From the NCBI GenBank assembly GCA_002633005.1, contig NMRA01000121.1, forward strand, positions 729,506 through 793,505: a DNA stretch of 64,000 nt, read 5' to 3'. Positions within the stretch are counted from its first letter, which is position 1, and every line of letters begins with the position of its first letter. A program made the position numbers and the translations under genes. The notes under the pieces were generated by a model. The model saw only the letters and a program-made list of their open reading frames with translations, made no database searches and was not told the DNA's origin. Below are positions 14,961-28,235 of the stretch, piece after piece. Source of the DNA: Phoronis australis. Lineage: Eukaryota; Animalia; Phoronida.

Positions 14961-15108
14961 CTATCAGGTGGGCCCTGTCATACAAATGCTCCCATGTCAA
15001 TCAGCTTTCTACTCTAAATCTATTTTGATTTCATTAGCTTCAGCTGGTGATTGAGTCTCCCGTTTTCATTTGTAATATTTCACTTAATTTGCACCTTGAT
15101 CATTACAG

Positions 15109-15211
15109 GAGATGTGGTCGGCCTGCTCTTAGACCTTGACAGTGAGAAAATTGTGTTCTCGCTCAATGGAGACAGCCTGCCTCCTTATAGCCAAGTTTTT
15201 GCGAATTCAAA
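15109..15211 (+). CDS. RSPRY1: RING finger and SPRY domain protein 1, internal exon (SPRY C-terminal part)
   Basis: ttacag acceptor, gtaagt donor. Encodes (G)DVVGLLLDLDSEKIVFSLNGDSLPPYSQVFANS(K), matching RSPRY1 GDTVGFLLDL..QMIFFLNG..LPP..QVF. Phase 1 in, phase 2 out, in frame with the next exon. Confidence 0.93.
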
Positions 15212-15608
15212 GTAAGTTCACCTCCACATCTTCACAAACTGTAGTTGATCAGCTACAGTGTGTGTTTCGTCCAGTCATTCATCTTGTCTGAGGTCATGGT
15301 TGCACCAGAATACTGCTCGGTTGCTCTTGCATATTTATGAAATACAAGGAATTTTTTCAACAACTGTTACTTCATGGAGTCTCCCATTTTGTACCCTTGG
15401 CTTTTGTATTATAACCTAAAACTTGAAGCATCTAAAACCAGCCTTCATGCTGCAAAAACTTTTTAATATATTTGTTTCTCTCCAAGTTTTTACGAGACAT
15501 AAATATGATACTTGCGAATGAAAATAAATTAAATAAAGTGGGATAAGAATTAGATTGGTGGACAAAAATGTATAACCAATTTCCACAAAGTATTGAATTT
15601 TCATGCTA

Positions 15609-17138
15609 CCCTATTCGCCCTAATAACCACCCATGCCCCTATAAGCGCCCTCCCATGCGTTTTCAGACTTTGCTGAAATAAGCGCCCATCCCATGAACAT
15701 ATACATTGCAAAAAATGTCTTACCTACAGTGCTAAAATTCCACAGTAACTTCTTCAATTTGTCAATACGATCTGGCAGTCCTTAAAAAATTATTGTGCTC
15801 GGAGTTTCTAGACCACCAGCCTCGCCGCTATATGTCTGTATTTTGCCGTGACTATACACTTCAAACTTCTGCCGTGCTCTAAAAAGAACGCAAGTGTTGC
15901 TGATCTTGTGAGGAACGTGTCCCACTATGGTCTGGCCATTCAGAACTCGCACCGCCGTACATGTTAACGGGATTGAATCTTTCCTGCACAGATTCCATAG
16001 CTTCTCCCGCAACAGGATTCCAAATTTCTTTGTACATGTAAAAACCGCGAATCGAAGACTAATAAAAATTTGGTGTTAAAAGTACGTGGCCAGGAAGCGC
16101 GCACTACACACCTGTCATCGCAGACATTAATCTATATGACCAATCTATTCATAACGGGTGACATAGCATCGGCAAGAAATAAATATTGGCACTAATTTCT
16201 GACAGTTTCTAATACCATAAAAAGCTTTTTCGTTATTTTTAAGAGGGACTGTTCAATTAACCATAATTGGTGTTTTTAAAGCCAAATTTCTTATAAAGTG
16301 ACCACTGACAGTGAATGCTAACAGACCCTTACACCTGAAAAATAACTGTCAGACTGTCACGTACGCATCCAGCCACAGGGCGACTAGTATGGCCTTACCG
16401 AGACAATTGTCGAACATTTTTTTGGCAGATGAGAGCGGCAAGTGCTGAATAAAACACATTCTGCTTTAGCGTTGCTAATGCTAATTTCTTGAGATACAAT
16501 GCACATCTAGCTCATTAGATTGCATTTACTCTGGCAATTGAACTCCGGTGACACGCACAGCGCGCTCGCTTACTTACACACGCGAGGCAGACGAACTTCA
16601 AAACAAACGTCACATGACAACAACATGTGACTGTGTTCATCCAGAGATTTTTCTCGTGTTGCCGAGTAGGCCTACGATTATAGATGGCACGATCAGGCAG
16701 AGATTTGGACTTAACCTGTCGTTAATCCCGAATGCCATGGGAATTTGAAAATCTCAGGGGCGCCATTTGGAAAATTTATGGAATATTTCAGGTAATTTGC
16801 TTGAGTTGAAACTATTTTTATTCAAGCTTTCAAGTTGTTATGTCGACGATTGGGAGGCAGTCAGTCGTTGAGTTTTCGCCCTAGGTTTCAGCACAATTTT
16901 CTGTTAAATGATCGTAATTTAGCAGCAAAGTTTTATAGCAATGCACCACAATTTTGTAGAAAGTCTGTCATAGGTTACAGATACATCACAGAGCGTAAAT
17001 ATGATGAACCTTAGCTTCTAGCGATTTCACCTGTTTCGGAGACCGGGTTTCAACCCCCTTGGGTTACAATAAGCACTCCCCCCCCCCCTCGAAACGAACT
17101 TTTCTAAGTGCCCTGGGTGGTTATTAGGGCGAATACGG
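15609..17138. mobile_element. non-autonomous Tc1/mariner-pogo-like TIR element (1.5 kb) in RSPRY1 intron
   Basis: 25-bp TIRs with one mismatch: CCCTATTCGCCCTAATAACCACCCA (15609) and TGGGTGGTTATTAGGGCGAATACGG (ends 17138). TA flanks the left end and TT the right. Confidence 0.8.
15745..16059 (-). pseudogene. HIRAN-like domain gene relic inside the TIR element
   Basis: Joined across frameshifts: SSIRGFYMYKEIWNPVAGE...E..NP..MY/AVRVLNGQTIVGHVPHKISNTCVLF/LEHG.SLKCIVT.../GGLETPSTIIF*GLPDRIDKLKKLL. This fits the RG...Y..IW.P..GE, NP.D..AV, VGHVP and GGLE.P HIRAN pattern. Confidence 0.72.
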
Positions 17139-17189
17139 TTGGTGTTTTTCATCTTAGCATATTTTAGAATTTATAGTTGAATTCTTGCT

Positions 17190-18440
17190 CCAGAATTATG
17201 AAAATTGTCTTGTGTGTTCCTTCTGCTAACAGCATGGATGATGAATATTTTCAGACAGCTACCCTAGTGGCAGTTATGTTGGTTTTTGCATCAATGGCTT
17301 TATCTTCTAAATCCTCTGCAGGATCTTTGTTAAATTTGTCAAGTGTGTTACAAGTGATGGAAGTGATTACGAATGACAATGGCTTTCTGATGGAGCCGGT
17401 AACCGTTTTACCCCAAGTTGCAATTTTATTTTTCCCATTTTCGTCTGTATCATTGAGGCCATTGGTGGATTTTCATGGAACTTGTCAAATAGGTTGCTGT
17501 TACAGAGACAAAGACACCTTCCTATTTTCAGATGGCTATGGTATAATGTGTGCATCCTAATGACTATTTTTATTATTTTTTAATCTATTTTTTTGGCATC
17601 TGCCTCTCTTACGGCTAAACCACTCGGAGGATCATTGTGAAAATTGGTATTTGTTCCTTCTAGTCAGAGTATACTTTGCAATGAATTCTGGAAAGGTTCG
17701 ACTAGTGGCAGTTTTGTTTTTTAGCATCCGCAGTTGTCTCCCCTAATCCCCTGCAAGACTGTTTCTTTGAGCATGACGAATGACGACAGACGTATCTGAC
17801 TACCGTTGTGTCATCTGGTGGCAATTATATTTTTTATGTTTCTTAAACGGATTTTCGTGAAATTTTTCAATTTTCTATAAAGAGACAATAACACCTTCAT
17901 TTTCAGATAGATTTTACGTATTGTATGTCACATAGTAACCGTTTACATTATTTTGTTGAGTTTGTGGTGTCCTTTTCTCTATCAGTCAAACCACCCAAAA
18001 GATCATGGTATATGTGTTTCTTCCGGGAAGTGCATGGCTGACTATGATTTTCTGACAGGTCCATTTACTTTTTGACTGTGTCTCAAAATCTACCTTGTTC
18101 CTTGACGGATCTTCATGAAATTTGTATGTATTTTTATTGAGAAGAGAACAACTGATGTGGATTTTTGATCTAATTTGACTAATGTGCAGTCCCCTAGTTG
18201 CAATTTTGTTTTTCTTTACGTTTGCCTTGATATTTATTAAGTTCCTTGATGGATGTCCATGGAGTTTGACGAATAAGTTTCTCTCTCGTAATCGACTGCA
18301 CAATCCCCGGATTTGAACTACTTTGCCCTCTCTAGTGACCTTTTATTGTTTTTGTTTAAGTTCTTTGTTGCCCGCCTCCCTATCCTCCAAACTTTGAGGA
18401 ATCAGGACAGGTGGCAGGTATGTTTCTGTTGAGAAAAGAC
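17190..18440 (+). mobile_element. HINE family A fragment, strongly degraded
   Basis: Recurrent ctagtggcag/ctggtggcaa and ggatttt(c)atgaaattt units in the same orientation as the 8.6-10.2 kb copy. Confidence 0.6.
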
Positions 18441-18741
18441 TAGCTGACTCGCTTTGCACTTCCTGGAGGTTATTTTAAGTTTATTAGCATTGTTCCATTT
18501 AGTTTGAATGTTTAAAACAGTCACCATTCCTCTGCTCTGTATGCGATGCTCACGGTGGAGGCTTATCAATGCCCTGTGTTGCTCGTGCTCCATTTTTCAA
18601 AAGACCGCTATGCTCCTAAAAGTTTCCAAATTCCACCACGTATTCAATGATAACAGCTGTGCTGAAATTGAAGTTAAGCTCTCTTCCTATTTATGTGGTT
18701 GAAGAAGTTTCAAAGTTCATCCACATATTGTTCTACATTGA

Positions 18742-18933
<192 letters not shown>

Positions 18934-19806
18934 TAATGCAGTTTTAAAAGTTACAAGTGTTTTTTTTAAATTAATGTATAAAATGTGTCCTCAGTTGATC
19001 ACCACTAACTAAGAGTGCAGCTCATCACAAATTGTTGAAATTACTAAAGCTTTGACTTTTGATTTGTGACAAAGAAATTATGATTCTTATTTTCAAAATT
19101 TCGTATCAATGAATGTTCCAGGATGTTCGTTTTCGTGCAAGTTATTTGAATATCTCACTCACAAGAATGACGTCATTTGAGCATCCCTCCACAAAACAAT
19201 GCTGGTTTGATTGTACAATAATTGCAAATAATTCTAAAAATATTTTCAAATTTCACCGCTTCAAATCTTTGCCTCGATTACATGTGATTTGTTAGTGACA
19301 CTGAACAAAAACTTTTCACGCTCCGGTAACTTAGCTTATTTAAATTTAGGTAGCGACCACTTTAGGAAAATGCTACCGAAAAGTAAAAGGTCATAAAATG
19401 TTGTAGAATTGTTTATTGAATTGGGCTGTGTTCCGTAGACCACAGAGACTCGCAAGAAAAGCTGGTGTGATCACGTGTTTCTGTTGTAATGCATGGCAAT
19501 ATCTTTCGTGTTCTTGGGTTTTTGCGATTTATTTCGATCTGTGGAACGCATACAAAGTATGACAGCAAACGGGGTTAGTTTTTATGAGCATTTCGGAGAA
19601 GCTGTTAACTTTGTTGAATCATCTTGTCGCCCTAGAAACGACGTTTATATACATAGGAACGGTTTAAAAAGTGTTTCCAAGACATTTGTAGTTCTTTTTC
19701 TTCTTTTTGGGTCTTCATAGTAGAGTTAACTGTCGTGACGAGAGAATGGTATTTTGTCTGATTACTTTTGTCTTGTATAGTATGTGACGAAGTTCTTTCT
19801 TTGCAG

Positions 19807-19911
19807 GCAAAAGAAGATGGAACTATTGTGTCGTACCTCGTCACATGAGAACGCGTGCACGTTGTGTTTTGACGCATCTGCTTGTGTAGTTCTGAAACCT
19901 TGCTCCCATGG
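19807..19911 (+). CDS. RSPRY1: RSPRY1 exon (first half of RING finger)
   Basis: ttgcag/gtaagt boundaries. Encodes QKKMELLCRTSSHENACTLCFDASACVVLKPCSH(G), a CxxC...LKPCxH RING-HC pattern. Confidence 0.95.
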
Positions 19912-20356
19912 GTAAGTCACGTGTTGACAGCTGACTCCTGAGCTATTGTGTAAACAACTCAAGCGAATTAACCCAGTCTTTGTGGGCCTTGCTTACATCT
20001 GTATTAATTGGGTTTCGTTCATTGGATGTGTAAGACAAAAAGCCAAACGATTCTCGTACACTTTACCAAAAAAAACTCGGACATGCATCTTTTTGGTAAA
20101 ATATTTGATTTCAGACCATCTTCTATTTAGAACATGTAATATTCTGGAAAATGACAATGTTTTGTCCAGTTTATGATTCTAGAAAAGGATAATTATATTA
20201 TTTTTATTGTATGGATTAGATAACACTAATTATTGAATTCATTCAAGCCATTTTGGATGGAGTTATAAGTGTGTAGCATAAGCAGATCAAGACAAAGTGA
20301 TGTCAACAAAGTTACAATAGCAGCTCTCATTTTCATTCATTTTACTCTCACAACAG

Positions 20357-20447
20357 GGGCTTTTGTATGACATGCGCTACGCAATTGAACACGTGCCCCC
20401 TCTGCCGATCTCAAATCACTGACAGACAACAAGCAGAACCATCATGA
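20357..20447 (+). CDS. RSPRY1: RSPRY1 terminal coding exon (second half of RING finger, stop)
   Basis: caacag acceptor. Encodes GFCMTCATQLNTCPLCRSQITDRQQAEPS*, with TGA at 20445-20447. Phases are consistent across all four exons. Confidence 0.95.
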
Positions 20448-23208
20448 CAACTACAGAGTCCTGTCACCACCGTGCAGATCTAGGCGCCCCCTTTTGGCGG
20501 TTGGTGGCAATGCAGGAGGATCATCGGCTTCAATTTACTTCGCACCAGTTTCTGGTTGAATAACATCAACAGAAAAAAGAATGAAACGGGAATTCAGACT
20601 AGTTATCGTTTAAGTCGTTTCTGCGGTAAATGTACGAAGCTTACTCAAATTATATGCGGAAAATTTTGTGCTTTGTTTAAGTGCTGTAGATCATTCTGAA
20701 GTGTAAATAACTTACAAATATAAAAACTTTGGAACTCACAGCCAGCTCTGTTTATTCTGTGTGTGTGGTCAGTGCCCCCATATGTTTGAGGCGTCATGTC
20801 TCGTGTTAAGATGAGTCAATTAATTTCTTTAGCTATTTTGCTAAAAAAATTTGCCAAAATTGGCTTCTTTTGATTTTTTCAAAGACTGGCTACAGTGCTG
20901 CAAATAACTAAGATATGTATTTATGACAGTCGTGCTGTACAAACTCGGCTAATAGTCAAGTTGGATTGTTTAATGTTACTTCACTCTTGAAGCTTTTGTC
21001 AAAATTAAATTTCTGGCTTCGTATTTTGTGCTTTATACAATGTGAAGAATCATCAGTGACTGATAAACTTTGACCTATTTATGGTTTGTGATTTGCGGAA
21101 TGTCAGTCATGCAGGCCAACTGTTGGCTAGAGATTTTGGTCTACTTTCTCCTAGTGTCTTCATTAGTTGATTTCATTCTGCTTTGGATAACTGGTATCCT
21201 ATAATCTACTGAGTCATCTGTCTATCTGCAAAAAGTTCATTTGAAGAACCCTGCTTGTAATATACCACCAGTCCTTTGCTAGTTGGATGTTTGCCAAAAG
21301 TTCAAATTTTTGTAAATCCTTAGCATCAGTGTAATTACAAAGGTCAGAATTAAGCAGTACTCCTGACAATAAAATGAAAGGTGGCTGAGAGCTCAAGGTG
21401 AGAGTCTGTCATCTAGGCTACCCTGATTCACAAGTTGGCCACAAGGTGACACTAGCACGTTACTCACAGAATCATGAGATATTAAACCTTGTTTCACTGG
21501 CAGTTACAACTTGAAGTTTCTTGTCTTTGAGATTTTAATGTTTAACAACTTTGAGTCAATTTTCTACTGTGTTAATAATATGTGTTTGTGTTGATCATTG
21601 CTTTGTGTATATGAGGTTACCACAAACTGTGTTATGTATTTTACGGCCTCATCAATGTGGGTGTGATAATTCATAGCTTTGTTTACTTTTCTGTGAACAA
21701 TGACTTAATTTCATTGGATTGAATGTACATACCACTAGCATATCCAGCTACCAGTAAAACTACCTCCAGGTAACAACCACTCACCACAGAGCCCATGATT
21801 TCATTGGTTGTTAGATTGTACCAGTGCTTCAATTGTGGTTTCTGACTTTTGCCAACTATAGTGGACAAAGTGCAAGAAACGTAGGAAGAGAGTACTATGC
21901 TGCTGCAACCTTTGGAAACCTTTCTTAACTTTATTGTTTATGTCACCGTTTCCGTGTAATCTTTGGAAGGTTGATTCTGAAGTAAGCCAATGACCTCACA
22001 TTTTCTGTCGTGTTACTAGTTGATTTTCTGGCAGTGTGCGTCAGGTATAACTGTTGATTTGACTAGTGATTGGTCGGGTTTTGTTGTAATTTTATGCAAA
22101 TCATGTTTGGTGACTCTGTCATTTGTTGTTAATTTATAAATCGAAAGTGTAACTTTTGGAATTTTCTTACAACATGCCTCAGGGTGTCTTGTTGTCATGG
22201 TAACATGTATGCCTCAGGATATGTTGCTGTTATGGTAATGTGTACCATAAGACATAGGATAGTTGTTGGTCTTTTGGTTGCTTGATCACTTGAAGGAGTA
22301 TGTTCTTTTTACTGGTTAGTGCATAATTGAACATGATAGCAATGACCCAAGAATGTTTTTACTGAATAAAATTTCCAAATTTTGGACCCCAGTATTCAAG
22401 TAGAAATTGAATTATCTTGATACTGAAGATTGGGAATTGGAAATTTTGCCATTCATTATTTTTCTCATAAAATTGGGCACTGTGATTTGTGGCAATAGAG
22501 TCTGAAAACTGACTTGATAGTTAATAAGTTGGCAAAAATAGCCGCAGTGCAACATTTTTAAGTAAAATATCAGTTGTTGTTGATCTTAATTATGTAATTT
22601 GGGATGGCCATTAAAATTTGGTACGAGCTCCAACCTTGAGCATAACAATTAATTTGTTACTATCCTCAACCGAAATTTTTTTACAGTGTTTGTTGGTGGT
22701 ATTGTTAGACATAAACAAGGTCTACAGGAGCAGTAAAACTTATTACCTTTTGGCACCGAATACTTTTATCATAGGATGGCACTGTAAACTTTATTATTGC
22801 CTACAGCTGAGTTGAGGTACTAAGTGGTGTCATTTCATCCTCCAGTTTATATTCTGCCAAACAAAAGATATATTTTTGCACATGTTATGCAGTATTCAGG
22901 AGCAATTGTGACACCAAACACAATGACTGATGAGTTCACTTCACTGGCAGAAAAATACATCCATTTTGCTAGTTGTTGAGAATGTTTATTAGTAATACAC
23001 TAGTAGTAAACGTGGTTAACTAGTAAAATTCATGTTGTGCCTTTTCCTGTCTCACTTTTTTCCTTTATTAGGAATTAATTTGTTCCCAACCATTTGTATG
23101 ACTAGTGTGCAGTTTGAGGAACATTCCCTAGGTGGAGCTAGTTCTCAAGATTGAATTTCAATCCAACTAAAAAAATCTGGAGGCAATAAGGGGTGTTGAG
23201 TGTGGGAC

Positions 23209-23385
23209 AGGTGACTGTCCTATTACCTCCTGATGTGGTACTGGTGACTGTACCTCCTGATGTGGTACTGGTGACTGTACCTCCTGATGTGGTACTGGTG
23301 ACTGTACCTCCTGATGTGGTACTGGTGACTGTACCTCCTGATGTGGTACTGGTGACTGTACCTCCTGATGTGGTACTGGTGACTG
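23209..23385. repeat. 27-bp minisatellite
   Basis: CCTCCTGATGTGGTACTGGTGACTGTA, about 6 identical copies. Confidence 0.95.
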
Positions 23386-26300
23386 GCTTCACCCACATGT
23401 TAGCAAAGAAACAAAATGTCTAATGGTAAAATTTCGTAAATTTCTTACTTTAGGAATTTCCAAAAGTTTCATTTTTAATAGTTTACTTCATTGCAGCAAA
23501 ATGGTACCACAGTTACAATAAAAACACCCTGTAATTGTTGTTAGTTTATATTTGTTGAGAAATTCAACGAACTGGGTTCCACTTCTCTGCCACATATTTC
23601 TCTGTAAATATGCTTTAAATTGAAGAAACTTCCAGGTTCTGTAAGATCATGTAGGTGTAGTCCCCCAAAAGTTCTTTTGGTTATGTTAATTAAGGGCGAG
23701 TCCACATGTCACTCACTACAGAACCTTAGTTATCACTTACAGTGAGTAAGAGATCACTAAGCTTTGGGATAAATTTCGCGTTTACTCCACATAGTAAATA
23801 ACATTCTTCTTAAGTGCTATAAAAGGATTTATATAGTTCCAAGTTAAGCCCCAAATGTGTTATAGCTGGCACCTACTGAATTGGTAAAAACTATTGGTGA
23901 AATCATGAACTGATTATTCTTAGGTTTGACACCTTTCAAACATGGAATGGTGTGGTCAAGGGTTACTCATAACTTCTCTGTATGTGCTTCACTTTCACAG
24001 TCATGGTGTCTGGCCGTCTGGATTTCAGGCATAGATCTAGGTTGCCAGGTGGGACAGGACCCCTTGCTGAGCCACTATTGTTTTGCTGTAATGGATAAAC
24101 ATAAAGCGCCCCCTGTGGCTGTGCATTTAATTGGAATCCCTCAGGATCCATGCTTGATTTTAAGCATCTAATCTTCTGGGTGTTCTGGGGTCCCACACAG
24201 ATTAACAGATTTGTTCAGGTGATTTTCATGCATCAATGTTTTTGGGAGGCTTTTAGCTTGAGGTGGAATCTTTCTTGTTAGAAAAAATAAGTGAAAGGTG
24301 TGTTTGCCCACTTATTCCAACCATTCATCATTGTATAGACTTTTTCTTCCTTGTGTTTATGTGAAATATCAGATGGTGTTAAATTTATTATTTTGATAAT
24401 ACAATTATTACAATTATTCTCTTTTGGAGTATAAGGAGTCATTGCCTTATGCATATAAATTTCATGTTTCCTTATTCTATGTAAATAAATAAATGACTAA
24501 TGCAAAGTATGGATCTTTTTTATATTGTACTCCTTGGCTGCAATCAGAGTATTTGGACACCAAATTTTCCTTGAGACAAGTTTTGTTGAATACGACATTC
24601 CATTTGTTTTTAATGCCGCCATAGACAGTTTATCTATTAGGCTAATTCTGCATATTAGGCCAATAAAAACAAATGGAGCCTTGTGTCCAACAAAACTTGT
24701 TTGCTGGATTGTAAAGCATTGTTTCGAACCACTGTTAAATAAAGCTGTTATTTGAATCCAACAAAAGCAAACTTATAATTTAGTGAATGTAGCGTCAAAA
24801 CTGGTCTGAATTTTTTTCCTTACTCTGATAAGAAGTGAATCTGGACTTGAACCGGATGGTTCGTTCATCATTGGTGGAGATCACGCGTCATGAGTTGACT
24901 TGACCCAGCAGATCGTTTATGCGGCAAGCATGATCCAAACCAACTAATTGTTAGTTCTTCCCATTCCCGATAGTCGTGTCTATCTGCGTAAGGAATGAGT
25001 CGACACCACTTTTATCACGGTTCACGGCCGTGGGAAGCCCGGGGAGGCGTTTAATTTAAACAAGTAGCTGCGTCGGGATTGAAACCTTGCCACTGGAGAG
25101 GAGGAAGAGGGAGATTTTGAAATTTGCCTCTAGTGGGGGAGCCTAAAATGTTGACGACCGGGAGGTCGTTTATTTTATTCGACCAGGGTAGCCGAAATCG
25201 AGGTGGCGATCGGAGCGGAGGAACCATTACGAAATTTACAAAGACTTGAGGTCAAAATGGCAGAGATAGTAGAGAAGAGTTAGACCGCGAAATCAATGTT
25301 ATCTGTGCCCCTCAGCAATTTTTACCTTCTTATTCACCTGCGGATAGTGGAAGCGCCATCTGATGCACGTTCCAACATCCATTCTGGTTTCCGATATAAA
25401 AACAAGTCACTGATTTCCAAATTCTAAGAACATGAAGACTAATAATACGTCACGGAACTTCTGCAAAAAATATTTCAACATGATACAGCATTTTTCGGAA
25501 TAGAATTGAATATGTTTGTTTTAAATTGGCAATTAAATCCACTGACTTTTGATTTTAGAATACTTACTGTTATAAAATTGATCTCAACTTGTTCTATACT
25601 CAGATGTAAAGTCATTTTTGTCATGCAAAGAATCGACAAGTTGTTAATGCTTGAAACTATGCTTGGTGAATAAATAGACGCAACGGTGATAGCCTGGACT
25701 ACTTTTTTTCTTGAAAAAGTCTTACCAAGTGGTTTCGACGTTTCAGTTGAAATTCTTGAAAAATAATGTGCAAATGAACTGAAGCGGTAGAATTGTGGAG
25801 AGGTTAGCCAGTTCCGTGGTCCTGCATTTCCGATTTGAAAATTTAATTTGAAAGGACCTCACAAGAACGCTCTTATTGGGAGGGTTGCGTACTGTAGTTT
25901 ACTAAGAATGGCTGGAAAGGAATAGTAAAGATGTGCACAATGCAGCATTGTCTTGAAATGCAAAAACGTTTACGACAACGCAAGAAAACACCCATTGAAT
26001 AATCAAAATATGTAGAGCCTCCATTGATGGAAATAGCGACGGTTTAACCAGAGGAATGTTTATAAACAGGGGGCTGCTGATGTCTCTCTCACCGTATGGC
26101 GGCAGACGAGCGAAGGGGGACACGTGACGCTGGTGCACTGGCCCCAATGAGTTCTCAGCGTCAGAAGCGAAACTTTGGCAGGCCCCTAGTCAGCATTGCG
26201 CGGGAGGTGGTTTGAATTTCTTCAGAGGTTGACCTTTGATATTTTGCAAACGTCGACCCTGGAGTTTTCGGTAAGCCCTTGACGCAGTTTAATTATAGGG

Positions 26301-26617
26301 TAGGGAAATCTGTATGCACTACAATCATGGGATGACTATCAGCTCTACAGTGTATGTTCCTGAAATAAGACGGAATTCGTAATCCAGAAATGAGGATGCC
26401 GTGACGGTCAGTGCTCGCAAAGAACGGGATTCAAATTCGAATGTATTGTGGTCCCACACAAATAGAGCGTTCTTGCGTCACTTACCTCCTGTCAAACTTT
26501 CAACTCAGGCGTGTTCAAATGAGTGATTACACCTCATTACACAGTCCGACGGAAATATTTAGTCGGAGACGTAATTTTTGATCTGCCTATTTTTGTTTAC
26601 GCCGCTCGAAGTGGGCC

Positions 26618-27438
26618 GGAAACAGCGCACTATTCCGAAGGTTCACTACTCCGAAAATATCTAAACTTTAGAACTCAGGTGTAATTGTTATACTTTTACA
26701 AGCAAAAATAAACGAGATTTTGGATATCAGATGCAGCAATACCGACTGACAACGCCCGGGTAATAAATCACTTTCTTTGGATTTCCTGCGCATGCGAAAT
26801 TGCCCGCATGTCTTACAAATATGGAAAAATGAGTACGTACTTGCATTTTTAAAAGAATTTGATGTAGGAATACCGATGAATTATCAACCAGGTTACATTC
26901 ATCTTGTCCATGTCAAGATCGCATTATTTCACAGGCGCGACTGAAAAGTTTAGGGCTACTGCGGCGCCTCAACCTCACCCACCGGAATTACTCGCCACAC
27001 GGCCGGGTCAAAGCTAAAGGTAGTTGGTAGGCTACTCTGTCCCTGCCAGCCTTTACGAAAGTCTCATTCAGTCTTCTTAAATTTAAAACCGTCGTTGGTC
27101 GCCGCAGCCCGGACCCGTGCCCCAGATGTCCCTAACTGAGAATGATGGTATTTAGTTAGATTCAAGAATCACCGTCAATTGGCAGTGATTGGAACTGAGC
27201 TCTTTTGTTAACAATATAATTAATGTTTTAGGGACTATTCAACTCTTACACATCCTTTAAGTGGCTATTAAATGGACACAAAGACAAAACGTTATTCGTG
27301 TCAGTTCCGACTCATTAGTAGACAATCAAAGTAATGAACAGTCGGGTTCTTATTTCGGAATTGTCGACATTCGAAGTAGTGAACTTTCTAGTGAACCTTC
27401 GGAGTAGTGAAAATTCGGAAAAGTGACTTGTGTAACCT
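26618..27438. mobile_element. TIR element with subterminal ~15-bp tandem motifs
   Basis: CACTATTCCGAAGGTTCACTACTCCGAA near 26628 versus repeated TTCGGA(G/A)TAGTGAAC units at 27354-27427. Exact termini and TSD were not resolved. Confidence 0.55.
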
Positions 27439-27953
27439 TGGAATTTTTTTCCATCAAGTTTGTTGATCGCATGGTATGAAATCTGCGAGGCTGTGAACTG
27501 ACACTAAGAGAAGACTAACTACGTTGATCAAAGTTTTAATTAGGTGTAGACTTATTTTCCCTAATACGTGAACATTCGGGGATTTCTTAGTGCAAGAAAT
27601 GTCTGGTTTCTGAGAAACGACAGAGGAGTCAGTGAACTTACCGTCGGCGTGTACTGATTTAAAAGAACGGAAACGCACACAATGCATTTCAGTCCACCAA
27701 TCCACAATCAAAGTGGATACTGGATGAACAACATATCTGACGATCACTTCCAATTCGAAATTTGCAAATGCTTTCATTTCATCCCACTATGCTAGCAAGT
27801 ACACCAAAGTAGCAGATAACTCCCCATTTTCTGCTGTTTTGTTTCTTAGTCGATTTAAAGTCATTCACACCACATTACTTTTTGTGAGCTCTCTCGATGT
27901 TATATAGCTTGGCTATAGGACATTTACTTCTACTCTAGACTCCCTTGTTACCC

Positions 27954-28235
27954 CATGCACGCACCCAGAGGGGGAGGGGGGAGGGGGGGGAGGGAAAGGG
28001 GGGATGGGGGGAGGGGGCTCGAACGACGGAGCCCCCCCATTTGGCGAGGTGGGCCAAAAAAGTCCGCCTCTGAGAAACAAAAAATCTGAGGCAATGAGAC
28101 AAAAGACCCCAAACAAGCACAAACTCGCAATTCACAGTGGTGTCCCGTTTTTTTTTGTTTTTTTTTAGTCCACCAAAAGATCCACAACGGCAAGAATTCG
28201 AGCCCCCCCTATATTGAAGGCTGGGTGCGCGCATG
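27954..28235. mobile_element. MITE with CATG termini and 5-bp TSD
   Basis: TIRs CATGCACGCACCCAG / CTGGGTGCGCGCATG (15 bp, 1 mismatch). TACCC flanks both sides. A G-run tract lies inside. Confidence 0.85.

Noticed and set aside
23209-23385. CRISPR-like appearance of regular short repeats (also 14360-14960 and 53815-54312)
   Set aside because: These are head-to-tail tandem units with no unique spacers and no cas genes, in a eukaryotic context.
23138-23423. Mucin-like ORFs (TVTSTTSGG)n / (VTVPPDVVL)n
   Set aside because: They are translations of a 27-bp minisatellite that is open in several frames. There is no splice or domain support.
27913-28234. Proline-rich ORFs (PPPPIPPFPPPPPP)
   Set aside because: They arise from the G-run tract of a MITE.
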